A stretch of 64,000 nucleotides of DNA. It comes from an uncultured Spirochaetales bacterium (GTDB taxonomy: Bacteria > Myxococcota_A > UBA9160 > SMWR01). The position numbers were made by a program, and so were the translations under genes. Positions 23,912-32,982 of the stretch are shown here, piece by piece; position 1 is the first letter of the stretch; every line of letters begins with the position of its first letter. The stretch lies in contig CAZUYC010000015.1 of NCBI GenBank assembly GCA_964624475.1, forward strand, positions 9,124-73,123. The letters are read 5' to 3'. The notes below the pieces were generated by a model. That model saw nothing but the letters and a program-made list of their open reading frames with translations, was not told the DNA's origin and searched no databases.

Positions 23912-25210
23912 TCAGCGCCTCCGCAGGCGAGCCAGGCCCACCAGGCCCGCGATCCCGGCCGCCAGCAGCACCACCCCCCCCGGCTCCGGCAGGAACATCA
24001 CCTTCATCGATTGAATCCTGAACGCCTGGAAGTTGGTGATGATGTTGTTGGGATCCTGGCTGTCTCTCAGGTAGTTATGGCGGAGTCTCGGGCGAACCAG
24101 TGACAGGATTCGGGTCGGGTACACGCTGCCCATGTAGCCGATCTTGTTGGAGGGGGTCATGGCCGGCGCCTTGTCGTCGCCACCGGTCTGCGTCAGTCGG
24201 GTGAGGTAGGTGCCGAGCCCCTGATACCCCTCGACCCTTCCGCTCGTCCACGGGACGAGCAGAGCCAGATAGTGGGCCTGCGCCGAGACGTAGTTCATGG
24301 TGTAAGGGGCCGTGGCGTCGCACTTGCAACCCGCTGTCCGGGGGTAGGGGCCCGTCTGGCAAGAGGGGGTGGCAAGGCACTGCTTGTGTATTTGGAAATC
24401 CGTCAACAGGAAGCGCGTCACCGGGCCGCTCGAAGTGACCTCACCGAGGTTCGTGGTGTCGCTCGAGGGCGGCCCGATGGTGCCCCCATACGCCCTGAAG
24501 TAGTCCGGCTTGAACTTGGTGATGAACTGATAGAAGTTGCCGTTGGGGCCGAAGAGGATCCGCATCGTGCCGCTGAATTTGTTCGGTCCCGGCGTGACCT
24601 GGATGGATCCAGCCCGCTTGAAGTCGTACCTTCCGCTGAAGGCGGTGGTCGGGGTGACCGGGGCGCCCGTCCCGAGGTTCGGCAGGCCGGTATCCATCCC
24701 CATCTTCGTGTTGTCGCCGAACGGCAGCTTGTTTCCATTCGTCGTCGGGAAGACCACGGTGGTGACGGCCGTGGGCCCGGGGAAACCCATCGAGGCCCCG
24801 CCCGCCCCGAAGCGCCCCTGCCCGTTGTAGTTGGAGGAGATCCCGCCAGATATGGGATAGCCCATGAAGCACATCCCTTGGTCGTAGTCGCCGCAATAGG
24901 CGATGTCGTAGTATTGGATGAAGCTCTTCGGAAGCACGACCTGGTTCGCGGTCTTGAACACATAGGCCGTCGCGGGCGCGTACATCACCGTTGCGTACGG
25001 TTTTGATTTCATCCCCATTACCGTCATCGCATACTTGGTCTGGGGGGGCTGGCTGGATGGATCGGGGATGGCGAAGACGCTCAAGAAACTCCGCTGCACC
25101 CGGAACAACGCCTTCGACGCTTGCGCGGGGTGCGGGACTAAGAGCAGCGCAGCCACTACGCCGAGAGCGACGAGAGCGACGATCCTCTGACTCGACTTGA
25201 GCGGCCTCAT
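23912..25210 (-). CDS. PEP-CTERM-sorted secreted protein, Gly/Thr/Pro-rich with Cys clusters; function unknown
   Basis: ATG 25210 lies inside ORF 23912..27448 (GGAGG 10 nt upstream). Signal MRPLKSSQRIVALVALGVVAALLLVPHPAQA. The C-terminus FLPEPGGVVLLAAGIAGLVGLARLRRR has the PEP motif, a TM helix and a basic tail. Lower GC than the surroundings. Confidence 0.8.
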   Translation of the reverse strand: MRPLKSSQRIVALVALGVVAALLLVPHPAQASKALFRVQRSFLSVFAIPDPSSQPPQTKYAMTVMGMKSKPYATVMYAPATAYVFKTANQVVLPKSFIQYYDIAYCGDYDQGMCFMGYPISGGISSNYNGQGRFGAGGASMGFPGPTAVTTVVFPTTNGNKLPFGDNTKMGMDTGLPNLGTGAPVTPTTAFSGRYDFKRAGSIQVTPGPNKFSGTMRILFGPNGNFYQFITKFKPDYFRAYGGTIGPPSSDTTNLGEVTSSGPVTRFLLTDFQIHKQCLATPSCQTGPYPRTAGCKCDATAPYTMNYVSAQAHYLALLVPWTSGRVEGYQGLGTYLTRLTQTGGDDKAPAMTPSNKIGYMGSVYPTRILSLVRPRLRHNYLRDSQDPNNIITNFQAFRIQSMKVMFLPEPGGVVLLAAGIAGLVGLARLRRR

Positions 25211-25246
25211 GTAGACTACCCCTCCGGGTGGTTCGCGACGCATCCC

Positions 25247-27724
25247 ATGCGCCTCATTCTCGCTCGGAATGACCTCATCAGTCAACGCTCCCCACGGGGG
25301 AGTCGCCCACGGGGGAGCCGGGTAGGGAGGGGATCGCCCTCCGCGGCCCCCGGCAGGCTCTTCCGTGGCTGGCTCGCGCTCTGGGTCGCGCTGTCCGTCC
25401 CGGCCTGCGGTCTCGACCCGGCCGCTCGACTCGAGGAGATCAAGAGCCTCCAGGAGACTGGCGGGTTCGCAGAGACCGTCGGGCCCCTGCGCGAGATGCT
25501 CGAGGAGACCCCCGACGATCCCGAGCTCAATCATCTGTACGGCGTCGCCCTGCTGCGAACGCGCCAGCCGGAGCTCGCGGTCTGGCCGCTGCGCAAGGCC
25601 GCGCAGCACCCCGACCGGGCGATCGAGGACGGGCTCCTGCTCGCGCGGGCGCTCCTCGCGGGGGGTAGCGCCGAGGACGCGATCCAGCAGGCGAGCCGGG
25701 TGCTCGAGCTCGCGCCGGATCGGGTCGATGCCTTGCGTCTGCTCGTCGACGCGAGAGTGGCGGCGAGGGAGAACGAAGCGGCCCTGGTCGACGTCGAGCG
25801 GCTGCTGGCCCTGGAGCCCGACGACCTGGACGCCCTGATCGCACGTCTCGTGGCCCTGCTCGGCCTCGCCCGCGCCGACGAGGCCGAGCAGGCGCTGGCC
25901 GCCGTCAGGGCAGCGATAGAGATCGCGGAGGACGCGGTCGAGTGGCAGCCGCGGCTGTGCGCGCTGACGGCGACCTTCACGAGGGAGAAAGGCGACGCCG
26001 ATGCGGCCGAGGCGCTGTGGAACGATTGCCTGGAGAGGTTCCCGGGGGAGGATCTCGTCGTATCCGGCGCGCTCGAGTTCTTCGGCAGCAGATCGCAGGA
26101 TCAGCGCGTCACCGAGATCCTGCGCCGCGCACACGACGCCGAGCCGACCCACCTGTCGTTCATCGAGGCGCTGGCGAGGCAGCTGGGGGCCGCCGGAGAG
26201 AGCGCCGAGGCCGAGCGCCTCCTGCTCGCCGCCACGCGGGACGGCCTGAACGACCAACAGGCCTGGCTCAGCCTGGCCGACTACCACGAGCAGCGCGACG
26301 AGCCGGCAAAGGCCCGCGACGCCCTGGCGCAGGGTCTGCGCCTCATGGACGAGGCGCCGCCCCCCCTGGTGGCCGCGTACGCCGATCTCCTGATCCGCGC
26401 CGGCGACTACGACCAGGCCGACGAGCTCATCACCCAACTGGAACGCGAGCCGGTGATGGCGAACCTGCTGCGGGGCCGCCTCCTCCTGGCGCGTGCCCAG
26501 CCCGCCCAGGCGCTCGAGGCGCTCCAGGAGGGCCTGCGCTTGTGGCCGGACCACAGCGCCGCGCGCTGGCTCGCGGCACAGGCGGCGGAGCAGCTCGGCG
26601 ACTACGACCGGGCGCTGGCGGAATACTTCGAGGCGGTGCGCAACGACCCCGGAAACCGGGACGCGGTAGCGAGCCTGCTGCGGCTGCTCGAAGCCACGGG
26701 CCAGCACCGGGAGGCCATCCCGATCCTGGCTCGCTACCAGCGCGAGACGCCCCGCGACCCGGAGATGCTGGTGCAGGCGATCCGCTTCGCGAGCCGCACC
26801 GGTCAGCGGGGACTCGTCGACCAGGCCGTCCGGCAGCTCGGCGGGATCCCCGGCCAGCGGGGGGTCGTGGCGGCCGAGGTCGCCGCCATCCAGGCGGCCA
26901 GGGCCGGTCCCACGGCGGCCATCGAGTCGATCCGCGCGGCGGGGCTCGACCTCACCCGGCCGGGCAACGAGCCGGCGCTCCGCGCGCTCGTCGAGTATCT
27001 CGTCGCCGCGGGGAAGCCGAGCGAGGCCCTGGGGGCGGCGCAGGCGGCGCTCGCGGCCCACCCGGACGAGGCGCCGTTCCACGAGCTGCGGGGGCGTGCG
27101 CTGCGCGCGAGCGGCGACCCCGGAGGGGCGCGGGAGGCGCTGGAGCGCGCGCTCGCGCTCGAGCCGGAGCGCGCGGGGGCCCTGGCTGAGCTGGCCGCGC
27201 TCGCAGCAGGGCAGCAAGACCGCGAGACGGCGATCGCGCTCTACGACCGGGCGGCTCGGGCCGACCCGGAGCAGGCTGCCCCTGCCTGGGGCGCGATCCT
27301 GCTGCTGGCCGCCTCCGGCGACGGCGCGGAGGTCGAGCGGCGGCTCGAAGCGCTGCTGGTTCGCCACGGGACCCACGCGGGGGCTGCGAGTCTGCTGGCG
27401 CAGCAGCTCTTCGCGCGCGACCCGGAGCGCGCCCTCGCCCTGGCACACCGCGCCGTCCGCTTTCGCGGCGGCCCGGACGCCCTCGATACCCTGGGCCGGA
27501 TCCAGCTCGAGGGCGGGGATGCCGAGCGCGCCGCACAGACCCTCGGCCTCGCGGTCGAGCTGCGGCCGGACTCACCCTCGGCGCAGTACTGGCTGGGCCG
27601 GGCGCTAGCCGCCGCGGGTGACGCCGATGGGGCGCGCCGTGCTCTGGGCGCGGCGCTGGCAGCAAACGCCTTCCCCGAGAAGGAAGCCGCGCAGGCGGAG
27701 CTCGCGCGCCTCGGCGCGCGCTAG
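25247..27724 (+). CDS. Large TPR-repeat lipoprotein (PrsT-like?)
   Basis: 825-aa ORF. Lipobox WLALWVALSVPACG. Ala/Leu/Arg/Glu-rich TPR-type helical repeats run throughout. The start (ATG 25247) is uncertain: it has no SD and sits only 36 nt from the divergent PEP-CTERM gene start. Confidence 0.8.
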   Translation: MRLILARNDLISQRSPRGSRPRGSRVGRGSPSAAPGRLFRGWLALWVALSVPACGLDPAARLEEIKSLQETGGFAETVGPLREMLEETPDDPELNHLYGVALLRTRQPELAVWPLRKAAQHPDRAIEDGLLLARALLAGGSAEDAIQQASRVLELAPDRVDALRLLVDARVAARENEAALVDVERLLALEPDDLDALIARLVALLGLARADEAEQALAAVRAAIEIAEDAVEWQPRLCALTATFTREKGDADAAEALWNDCLERFPGEDLVVSGALEFFGSRSQDQRVTEILRRAHDAEPTHLSFIEALARQLGAAGESAEAERLLLAATRDGLNDQQAWLSLADYHEQRDEPAKARDALAQGLRLMDEAPPPLVAAYADLLIRAGDYDQADELITQLEREPVMANLLRGRLLLARAQPAQALEALQEGLRLWPDHSAARWLAAQAAEQLGDYDRALAEYFEAVRNDPGNRDAVASLLRLLEATGQHREAIPILARYQRETPRDPEMLVQAIRFASRTGQRGLVDQAVRQLGGIPGQRGVVAAEVAAIQAARAGPTAAIESIRAAGLDLTRPGNEPALRALVEYLVAAGKPSEALGAAQAALAAHPDEAPFHELRGRALRASGDPGGAREALERALALEPERAGALAELAALAAGQQDRETAIALYDRAARADPEQAAPAWGAILLLAASGDGAEVERRLEALLVRHGTHAGAASLLAQQLFARDPERALALAHRAVRFRGGPDALDTLGRIQLEGGDAERAAQTLGLAVELRPDSPSAQYWLGRALAAAGDADGARRALGAALAANAFPEKEAAQAELARLGAR

Positions 27725-28941
27725 CCCGGATCGCCGCCGGCGCGCGGGCGCCGCGCGCCTCGTCCCCGCTGCCGTCCTTCAGGCGGCCTCCGCACCCGGC
27801 CTCGAACCTCTTCGTCGAGCGAGCTCTGCTGGAGCCACGCCTCGGCCGCCACCGCGTCCCGCCGGTACCACTCGGTCGCAGCGGCTCCGAGGCAACCGCG
27901 TCGACGCTCGGGGTCCAGGATGCGCTCGCACCAGGCGACCGCCTCCTCGGGCGCCCGATCGTCCAGGCTCCGCGCGTAGACGTCGAGCGCGGGGTCGTGG
28001 AACTCCGTCAGCGACTCGGAGGCCAGCCACGCCTTCGCACCCGCCGGATCCGAGCGGAGCCACTGGACGAAGGCCTCGCGGGCGGCCTCCACGCGCGCCT
28101 TCGCGGCCGCATGGTCGCGCACCCATTGCAGGGCGGCCCGGCCGTCCCGGCCACCCCACTGCTCGGCCACGATGCGCGGCCCGTCTGCCGCGTACTCGCT
28201 CCCCGCATGCTCGAGCACCCACGCGGCAGCTCGCTCGGGGTCGAGGCGCGCGACCGAGCGCGTCGCGCGGCGGAAGAGCGACCGCTTGAGGCGCTTGTCG
28301 TAGGCCTCGTCGCGGAGGACCCCGTCCGCCCAGCCCAGCGTGGCCTCCGCGCCGCCCTTGCGCACGAGCGCTCCCACCGCGATGCCGGTGGCCATGTCCC
28401 AGGAGCTGGGCGGGAGCTCGGCGATGTAGCGGTCGAGCCCGTCCTGGCCCGAGTGCACCCAGCCGGCCAGGAGACCCAGGAAGAGCTGCTCCCGAAGAGC
28501 GGGCTGGTCCGCGGCGGCGCGCTCGAAAGCCCGGCGCGCCGCGGCGGGATCGCGCTGCGCCCAGCCTTCGATGGCCGCCTCGACCCCGAAATCCTGTTTG
28601 AACGGCCAGGCGAGCGCGTGCTCGAGCGCGCCAGCGGGGTCGAAGCGGGCCCAGGCGGCGACGAACGGGCGGATCTCCCACTGGCCGATAACCGGGAGCA
28701 TCCGGTCGTAGACGGCGCGCACCTCCGGCAGCGTCTCGGGATCGAGGTGCTGGAGCAGGCTCGCGGTCCGCCCGAAGCGGTCGAGCACGTCCCCCTCGCC
28801 GAGGGCAGCGCGGATCGAGGCCGCGAGGTCGGCGGGCGCCGGAACCGCCCCGGGCGGCGTCGTGACCCGGCCGACCGCGAAGGCCGCGACGGCCGTCGCG
28901 GCCCATACACCCACGGCCAGGCCTGCGTTCATGCGAGGCAT
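27721..28941 (-). CDS. N-terminally anchored alpha-helical repeat protein (W-x3-DP-x2-A-x2-W repeats), function unknown
   Basis: 406-aa ORF with a TM anchor (AGLAVGVWAATAVAAFAV). Recurrent blocks: AAWARFDPAGALEHALAW, EGWAQRDPAAARRAF, VARLDPERAAAWVLE, VQWLRSDPAGAKAWLA, TEWYRRDAVAAEAWLQ. Confidence 0.7.
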   Translation of the reverse strand: MPRMNAGLAVGVWAATAVAAFAVGRVTTPPGAVPAPADLAASIRAALGEGDVLDRFGRTASLLQHLDPETLPEVRAVYDRMLPVIGQWEIRPFVAAWARFDPAGALEHALAWPFKQDFGVEAAIEGWAQRDPAAARRAFERAAADQPALREQLFLGLLAGWVHSGQDGLDRYIAELPPSSWDMATGIAVGALVRKGGAEATLGWADGVLRDEAYDKRLKRSLFRRATRSVARLDPERAAAWVLEHAGSEYAADGPRIVAEQWGGRDGRAALQWVRDHAAAKARVEAAREAFVQWLRSDPAGAKAWLASESLTEFHDPALDVYARSLDDRAPEEAVAWCERILDPERRRGCLGAAATEWYRRDAVAAEAWLQQSSLDEEVRGRVRRPPEGRQRGRGARRPRAGGDPG

Positions 28942-29022
28942 GCGATCCTCTCCCGGTAGGTTCGGGGCGCGACGGGTCGCCCCCGGGCGATCCCGTTGGG
29001 CGTGCGCCAGCGCGCCGGATCA

Positions 29023-31629
29023 TCAGAAGGAGATGGTAGCCGTGATCCCGTAGGTCCGCGGCTCCGCATACACATCGAGCAGGAAGTTGAACTCCCTGGA
29101 CAGGTCGAAGGACTCGACCTTGTAGCGCTCGTCGAGGAAGTTGTGGACCCAGCCCAGCAGCTCGAAGCGCCCGTCTTCCGAGCGCCAGCGGAGGCTTCCA
29201 TTGAAGACCCAGTAGGCTTCCTGCCCGAAGGTGCCCACCGGGAAGTTGATCAGGGTGCCGCGGCCCGAGGACGCGTCGAAGGACAGGTCGTCCTTCCAGC
29301 TGAAGGAGAAGCGGGGGGTGAGCGTGCCGAAGCTGAAGCCGCGGAGCTGCCCGGGGAGCGGAATCTCGTAGCCCACGGAGCCGGCCATGGCGTAGCGCGG
29401 CGACGCGATCATCGGGTTCCCCGAGTAGTCGAAGTTGAATCGCACCTGGACGGGGTCGCGGGGTCCGCCCGGCAACCTCTCCTGCCCGAACTCGAAGGGC
29501 AAGGAGATCACGAAGTCCCTGTACTCGCTGTCGACCCAGGCGAAGTTGTAGGTGAAGGTCAGGCCGGGAAGCGGCTCGGCGCCCAGGTCCACCTCGACGC
29601 CGTAGATCAGCGTGTCGGCGGCGTTCACCAGCTTGGTGATCGGAAAGCCGGCGGGAGTCTGCTCGAGGATGAAGACCTGCAGGTCCTCGTAGCCGTAGTA
29701 GAAGCCCGTCACGTTCAGCATGAGGCGGCGGTCGAACCAGTACGAGCGGAGCCCGGCCTCGTAGGAGTCGAGCTTTTCGGGATCGACCCCCGTGACGATG
29801 TCGAATGCCGAGAAGGCGCCGCCGTTGAAATGCCCTCCCTTCCAACCCCGGCTGTACTTGAGGTAGAAGTCGGCGTCCTCGAGGAAGTTCCAGGCCAGGC
29901 TGGCCTCTCCCCCCGGGCCGCCCCACAGCTCGTCGACGTCGCCCGCGAGCGAGGTCCTGCACCGGGGGGCGGTGAAGTTACACGCCAAGGTGTCGAAGCT
30001 CTTGTACTCCCAGTTGTAGCGGAGACCGGTGGTGAGCGTGAAGTCGCAGGAGACGGTCTCGCATCCAGGCTGCAACTTGTACTCCGACCAGGCGTAGGCG
30101 GCGAAGTTGCGCGTCTTCTGGGTGTACTGCTGGATGAGGTCGGGACCGAAATCGGTGGGTACCTCGAAGAAGTTGTCGACGTCCAGATCCTCCTGGAGGT
30201 AGAAGGCGCCGAGCACCCAGTTTCCGTCGCCGATCTCGGACTCGCTCCAGTTGCCCCGCAGCTCGAGCTGCTGGCTCACCTGCCAGGCGGTGTCGCCGTA
30301 GTCGCTGTTGAGCAGGAAGTTGGGGCTCGCATCGCTGTTCTCGAGGGTGTGACGCTCGTGCCACTCGTAGGCCGTCAGGCTCGCGAGCTCGTAGCCGTCG
30401 CCGAAGAGCCCGCTCCCCCGGAGGTTCACGCCCCAGAGGCTCAGGTCCTCCGAGCCATCGAGGTCGTAGTCCCCCGCGTAGGGGTCGTCGTCCGTGTCCT
30501 TGTACCCCCTGACGTCCAGCTGGGGAAGCGGAAACGGGATGAACCAGGAGGTGGGATCGTTCAGGTCCTCGGGCGCCTGGAACCTGACGCCGCGGTGCTG
30601 GTACTGCAACGCCCTGCTCCGGTTCTGGCCGCCATGCGCGTTCAGCAGCCACTGCGTCTCGGCCTCCCCCACCGGCAGCTCGAACAGGAGCTGGCCGCGT
30701 GCGGCGTAGGCGTCGACGTTGTTGGTGAAGTCAGCCGCTCCCGGGTCGATCGCCCTTATAGTGCCGTCTGCCTGCAAGCAGTCGACGGAGGCAAGGCTGG
30801 CGCAGCGGTTCTCCGTGACGCCGTCGCGGACGCCCCAGGTCCCCGACAGGCGCCCCGAGAGCCACCCCGGAACGATCGGGCCGCCGACGGCGCCCTCGAC
30901 GTCGATCTCGTTGAAGCGGCCATAGGTGGTCGACACGTAGGTAGCGAGCTCGTCCGTCGGCTCGGCCGACCGCACGAGGATCGCGCCGGCGGAGGCGTTG
31001 CGGTAGAGCGTGGGCTGGGGTCCGCGCAGCACCGCGACGTCGGCCGCGTCGAAGAACTGGAAGAGCTGGCCCGCCGGCGACTGCATGTAGACGCCGTCCT
31101 GGTAGATGGCGACGGCGCTGGCGGCGTTGGCGTTGTAGTCGTCGAGGCCCACGCCGCGGATGAAGATCGTGGGATTGGAGGCGGCGAAGGCGCTCTTGAT
31201 GTCGAGGCTCGGCGTGAAGTTCGAGAGGTCGCGGATGTCCTTGATGCCCTCCGCCTTGAGCTGCTCCGGGTCGAATCCGATCGCCGACACGGTGGTGTCC
31301 GGCACCAGGATCTCGATCTTGCGCGAGGTGACGAGGAACTCCTCGACGGCCTCGGCGGAGGAAGGGTCTTCCTCGCCGTCGACTTCCTCGAGCTCGTCGC
31401 CGCTCTCCGGCTCCGGGGCGGCCTCGCCGTCGGGCGCGGAAGGATCTGCGTCGGTCGAACGGGCCTCGGGCTCGGCGCCGCTCTCGGACTCCGGGGCGGC
31501 GTCGTCGACCGATGCTCCAGCGGAGGGAGCCTCCCCTCGGGGGGTCTCTTCCTGGGCGAAGGCAGGGAAGGCGAGCAGCAGGACCGCAAGGACCTGTATC
31601 GCGACCGCTGCCCGACGACGGATCGGCAC
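29023..31629 (-). CDS. TonB-dependent outer-membrane receptor
   Basis: 868-aa ORF. Signal ..VLAVLLLAFPAFA. Plug blocks ..FTPSLDIKSAF..NPTIFIRGVG.. and ..VAVLRGPQPTLYRNASAGAI... The C-terminus ..RTYGITATISF ends in the typical terminal Phe. Confidence 0.9.
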   Translation of the reverse strand: MPIRRRAAVAIQVLAVLLLAFPAFAQEETPRGEAPSAGASVDDAAPESESGAEPEARSTDADPSAPDGEAAPEPESGDELEEVDGEEDPSSAEAVEEFLVTSRKIEILVPDTTVSAIGFDPEQLKAEGIKDIRDLSNFTPSLDIKSAFAASNPTIFIRGVGLDDYNANAASAVAIYQDGVYMQSPAGQLFQFFDAADVAVLRGPQPTLYRNASAGAILVRSAEPTDELATYVSTTYGRFNEIDVEGAVGGPIVPGWLSGRLSGTWGVRDGVTENRCASLASVDCLQADGTIRAIDPGAADFTNNVDAYAARGQLLFELPVGEAETQWLLNAHGGQNRSRALQYQHRGVRFQAPEDLNDPTSWFIPFPLPQLDVRGYKDTDDDPYAGDYDLDGSEDLSLWGVNLRGSGLFGDGYELASLTAYEWHERHTLENSDASPNFLLNSDYGDTAWQVSQQLELRGNWSESEIGDGNWVLGAFYLQEDLDVDNFFEVPTDFGPDLIQQYTQKTRNFAAYAWSEYKLQPGCETVSCDFTLTTGLRYNWEYKSFDTLACNFTAPRCRTSLAGDVDELWGGPGGEASLAWNFLEDADFYLKYSRGWKGGHFNGGAFSAFDIVTGVDPEKLDSYEAGLRSYWFDRRLMLNVTGFYYGYEDLQVFILEQTPAGFPITKLVNAADTLIYGVEVDLGAEPLPGLTFTYNFAWVDSEYRDFVISLPFEFGQERLPGGPRDPVQVRFNFDYSGNPMIASPRYAMAGSVGYEIPLPGQLRGFSFGTLTPRFSFSWKDDLSFDASSGRGTLINFPVGTFGQEAYWVFNGSLRWRSEDGRFELLGWVHNFLDERYKVESFDLSREFNFLLDVYAEPRTYGITATISF

Positions 31630-31638
31630 TGGCGCATT

Positions 31639-32982
31639 CTACTCCGCCGGCCGGGGGAGAGCGCGCGCGATTTCCATCGGCCGGTCCCCCCGGATCCAGG
31701 CCCACAGCACCGCTCCGACGAGCGCCACCAGGGCGCCGCTCGAGATCGCCCACGACCAGCCCAGGGCCTCCGCGAGGAGCGGCACCAGCAGGGCGCCGAC
31801 GAAGCCCACCAGGTTGCCGCCGGTGTTCAGGACACCCGTGGCGGAGGACGCGTGCCTGCCGGCTACGCCGATCGTCGTGGCCCAGAAGCTCGCCTCGGTG
31901 ATCTGGTTGAAGCCGAAGCAACCCGCCAGCAGGACGACGGCGAGAGTCGGGTGCGTGGCCCAGGCGCCCGCCGCGAGCAGGAGTGCCGAGACCACGAGCC
32001 CGACCACCGGCAGGACGCGCGCGCCTCGCCGGAGCCCGAAGCGCCGCATCGTCCGATCGCATAGCACACCGCCGAGCGTCGCCCCCAGGGCACCGATGAT
32101 CCACTGCGCTGCGCTGAGCGCGGCCGCCTGCCCGGCTTCGAAGCCGCGAACCTCGACGAGATAGTAGAAGAACCAGTTGAAGAAGAGATAGAAGACATAG
32201 TTCATGCAGAAGTAGCTCGCCGTGAGCAGGCGGATCTCCCGGTTCCTGAGCGCCGCCTTCCAGACGCCCTTCTCCCTCGCTGCGGTCTCCAGGGACGATC
32301 GGCCGGCGTCGATCAGATCGAGCTCGCCCTGGGCCACGCGCGGGTGTTGCCGGGGATGATCCCTCGTGCACCCCCACCAGACGCCGGCGAGCAGGAACGC
32401 CGCGGGGGCGGTGGCGAGGAAGGACCCCCGCCAGCCGACGCTCGCCATGAGCCACACGATCACGGGGCCGGTGGCGGCGGCTCCGAGCGTGAGCCCCGCG
32501 CTCGAGAGCCCGTTGGGCAATCCCCAGGCCGAGACCGGGAACCAGTTCGACACCATTCCACCGGTCAGCACCGGGAAGATCGGCGCCTGCGTGACGCCGA
32601 CCAGGAAGCGGATCACGAGGAGCGTCGCGACGACGGCCGATCCCGAGGCCACCGTCCCGCCGGGAACCAGCGCGCAGAGCACGGTGAGGAGCCCCCAGGC
32701 GACGGCCATGAGGGTCCCCGCCCGCCGCGGGCCCACGACGTCTCCGAAGATCCCCCCCGGAAACTGGAAGATCGTGTAGCCCAGCGCGAAGGCGGACAGC
32801 ACCATGCCGAGCTGGATCTCGGAGATGCCGAGCTCCGCGATCATCGCCGGGCCCACGATGGAGAGATTCGTGCGCAGCAGGTACGACACGAAGCTCGCCA
32901 CCACGATCAGCAGCAGGATCCGCCAGCGGACGTGCGACGACCTGCCGATCGGGTGGAGGACCGTCCGTGAGCGCAGGCTCAG
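31639..32982 (-). CDS. MFS transporter (anion:cation symporter-like)
   Basis: Frame of ORF 31639..33420. The credible part begins ..SSHVRWRILLLIVVASFVSYLLRTNLSIVGPAMIAELG.. and includes FQFPGGIFGDVVGPRR (motif A). There is no ATG/GTG/TTG between the upstream stop and TM1. CTG at 32982 overlaps the upstream TGA (CTGA). Confidence 0.8.
   Translation of the reverse strand: MSLRSRTVLHPIGRSSHVRWRILLLIVVASFVSYLLRTNLSIVGPAMIAELGISEIQLGMVLSAFALGYTIFQFPGGIFGDVVGPRRAGTLMAVAWGLLTVLCALVPGGTVASGSAVVATLLVIRFLVGVTQAPIFPVLTGGMVSNWFPVSAWGLPNGLSSAGLTLGAAATGPVIVWLMASVGWRGSFLATAPAAFLLAGVWWGCTRDHPRQHPRVAQGELDLIDAGRSSLETAAREKGVWKAALRNREIRLLTASYFCMNYVFYLFFNWFFYYLVEVRGFEAGQAAALSAAQWIIGALGATLGGVLCDRTMRRFGLRRGARVLPVVGLVVSALLLAAGAWATHPTLAVVLLAGCFGFNQITEASFWATTIGVAGRHASSATGVLNTGGNLVGFVGALLVPLLAEALGWSWAISSGALVALVGAVLWAWIRGDRPMEIARALPRPAE

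Noticed and set aside
25292-25321. 15-nt tandem repeat ccacgggggag(tcgc/ccgg) near the 5' end of the TPR gene as a regulatory repeat.
   Set aside because: There are only two copies, and they lie within the annotated coding region, encoding PRGSR-PRGSR. There is no supporting evidence for function. It mainly adds doubt about the exact start of the TPR gene.
25211-27448. N-terminal 746 aa of ORF 23912..27448, upstream of the PEP-CTERM protein.
   Set aside because: This part is antisense to the well-supported TPR lipoprotein gene and has junk composition. A proper signal peptide with an SD begins at ATG 25210.
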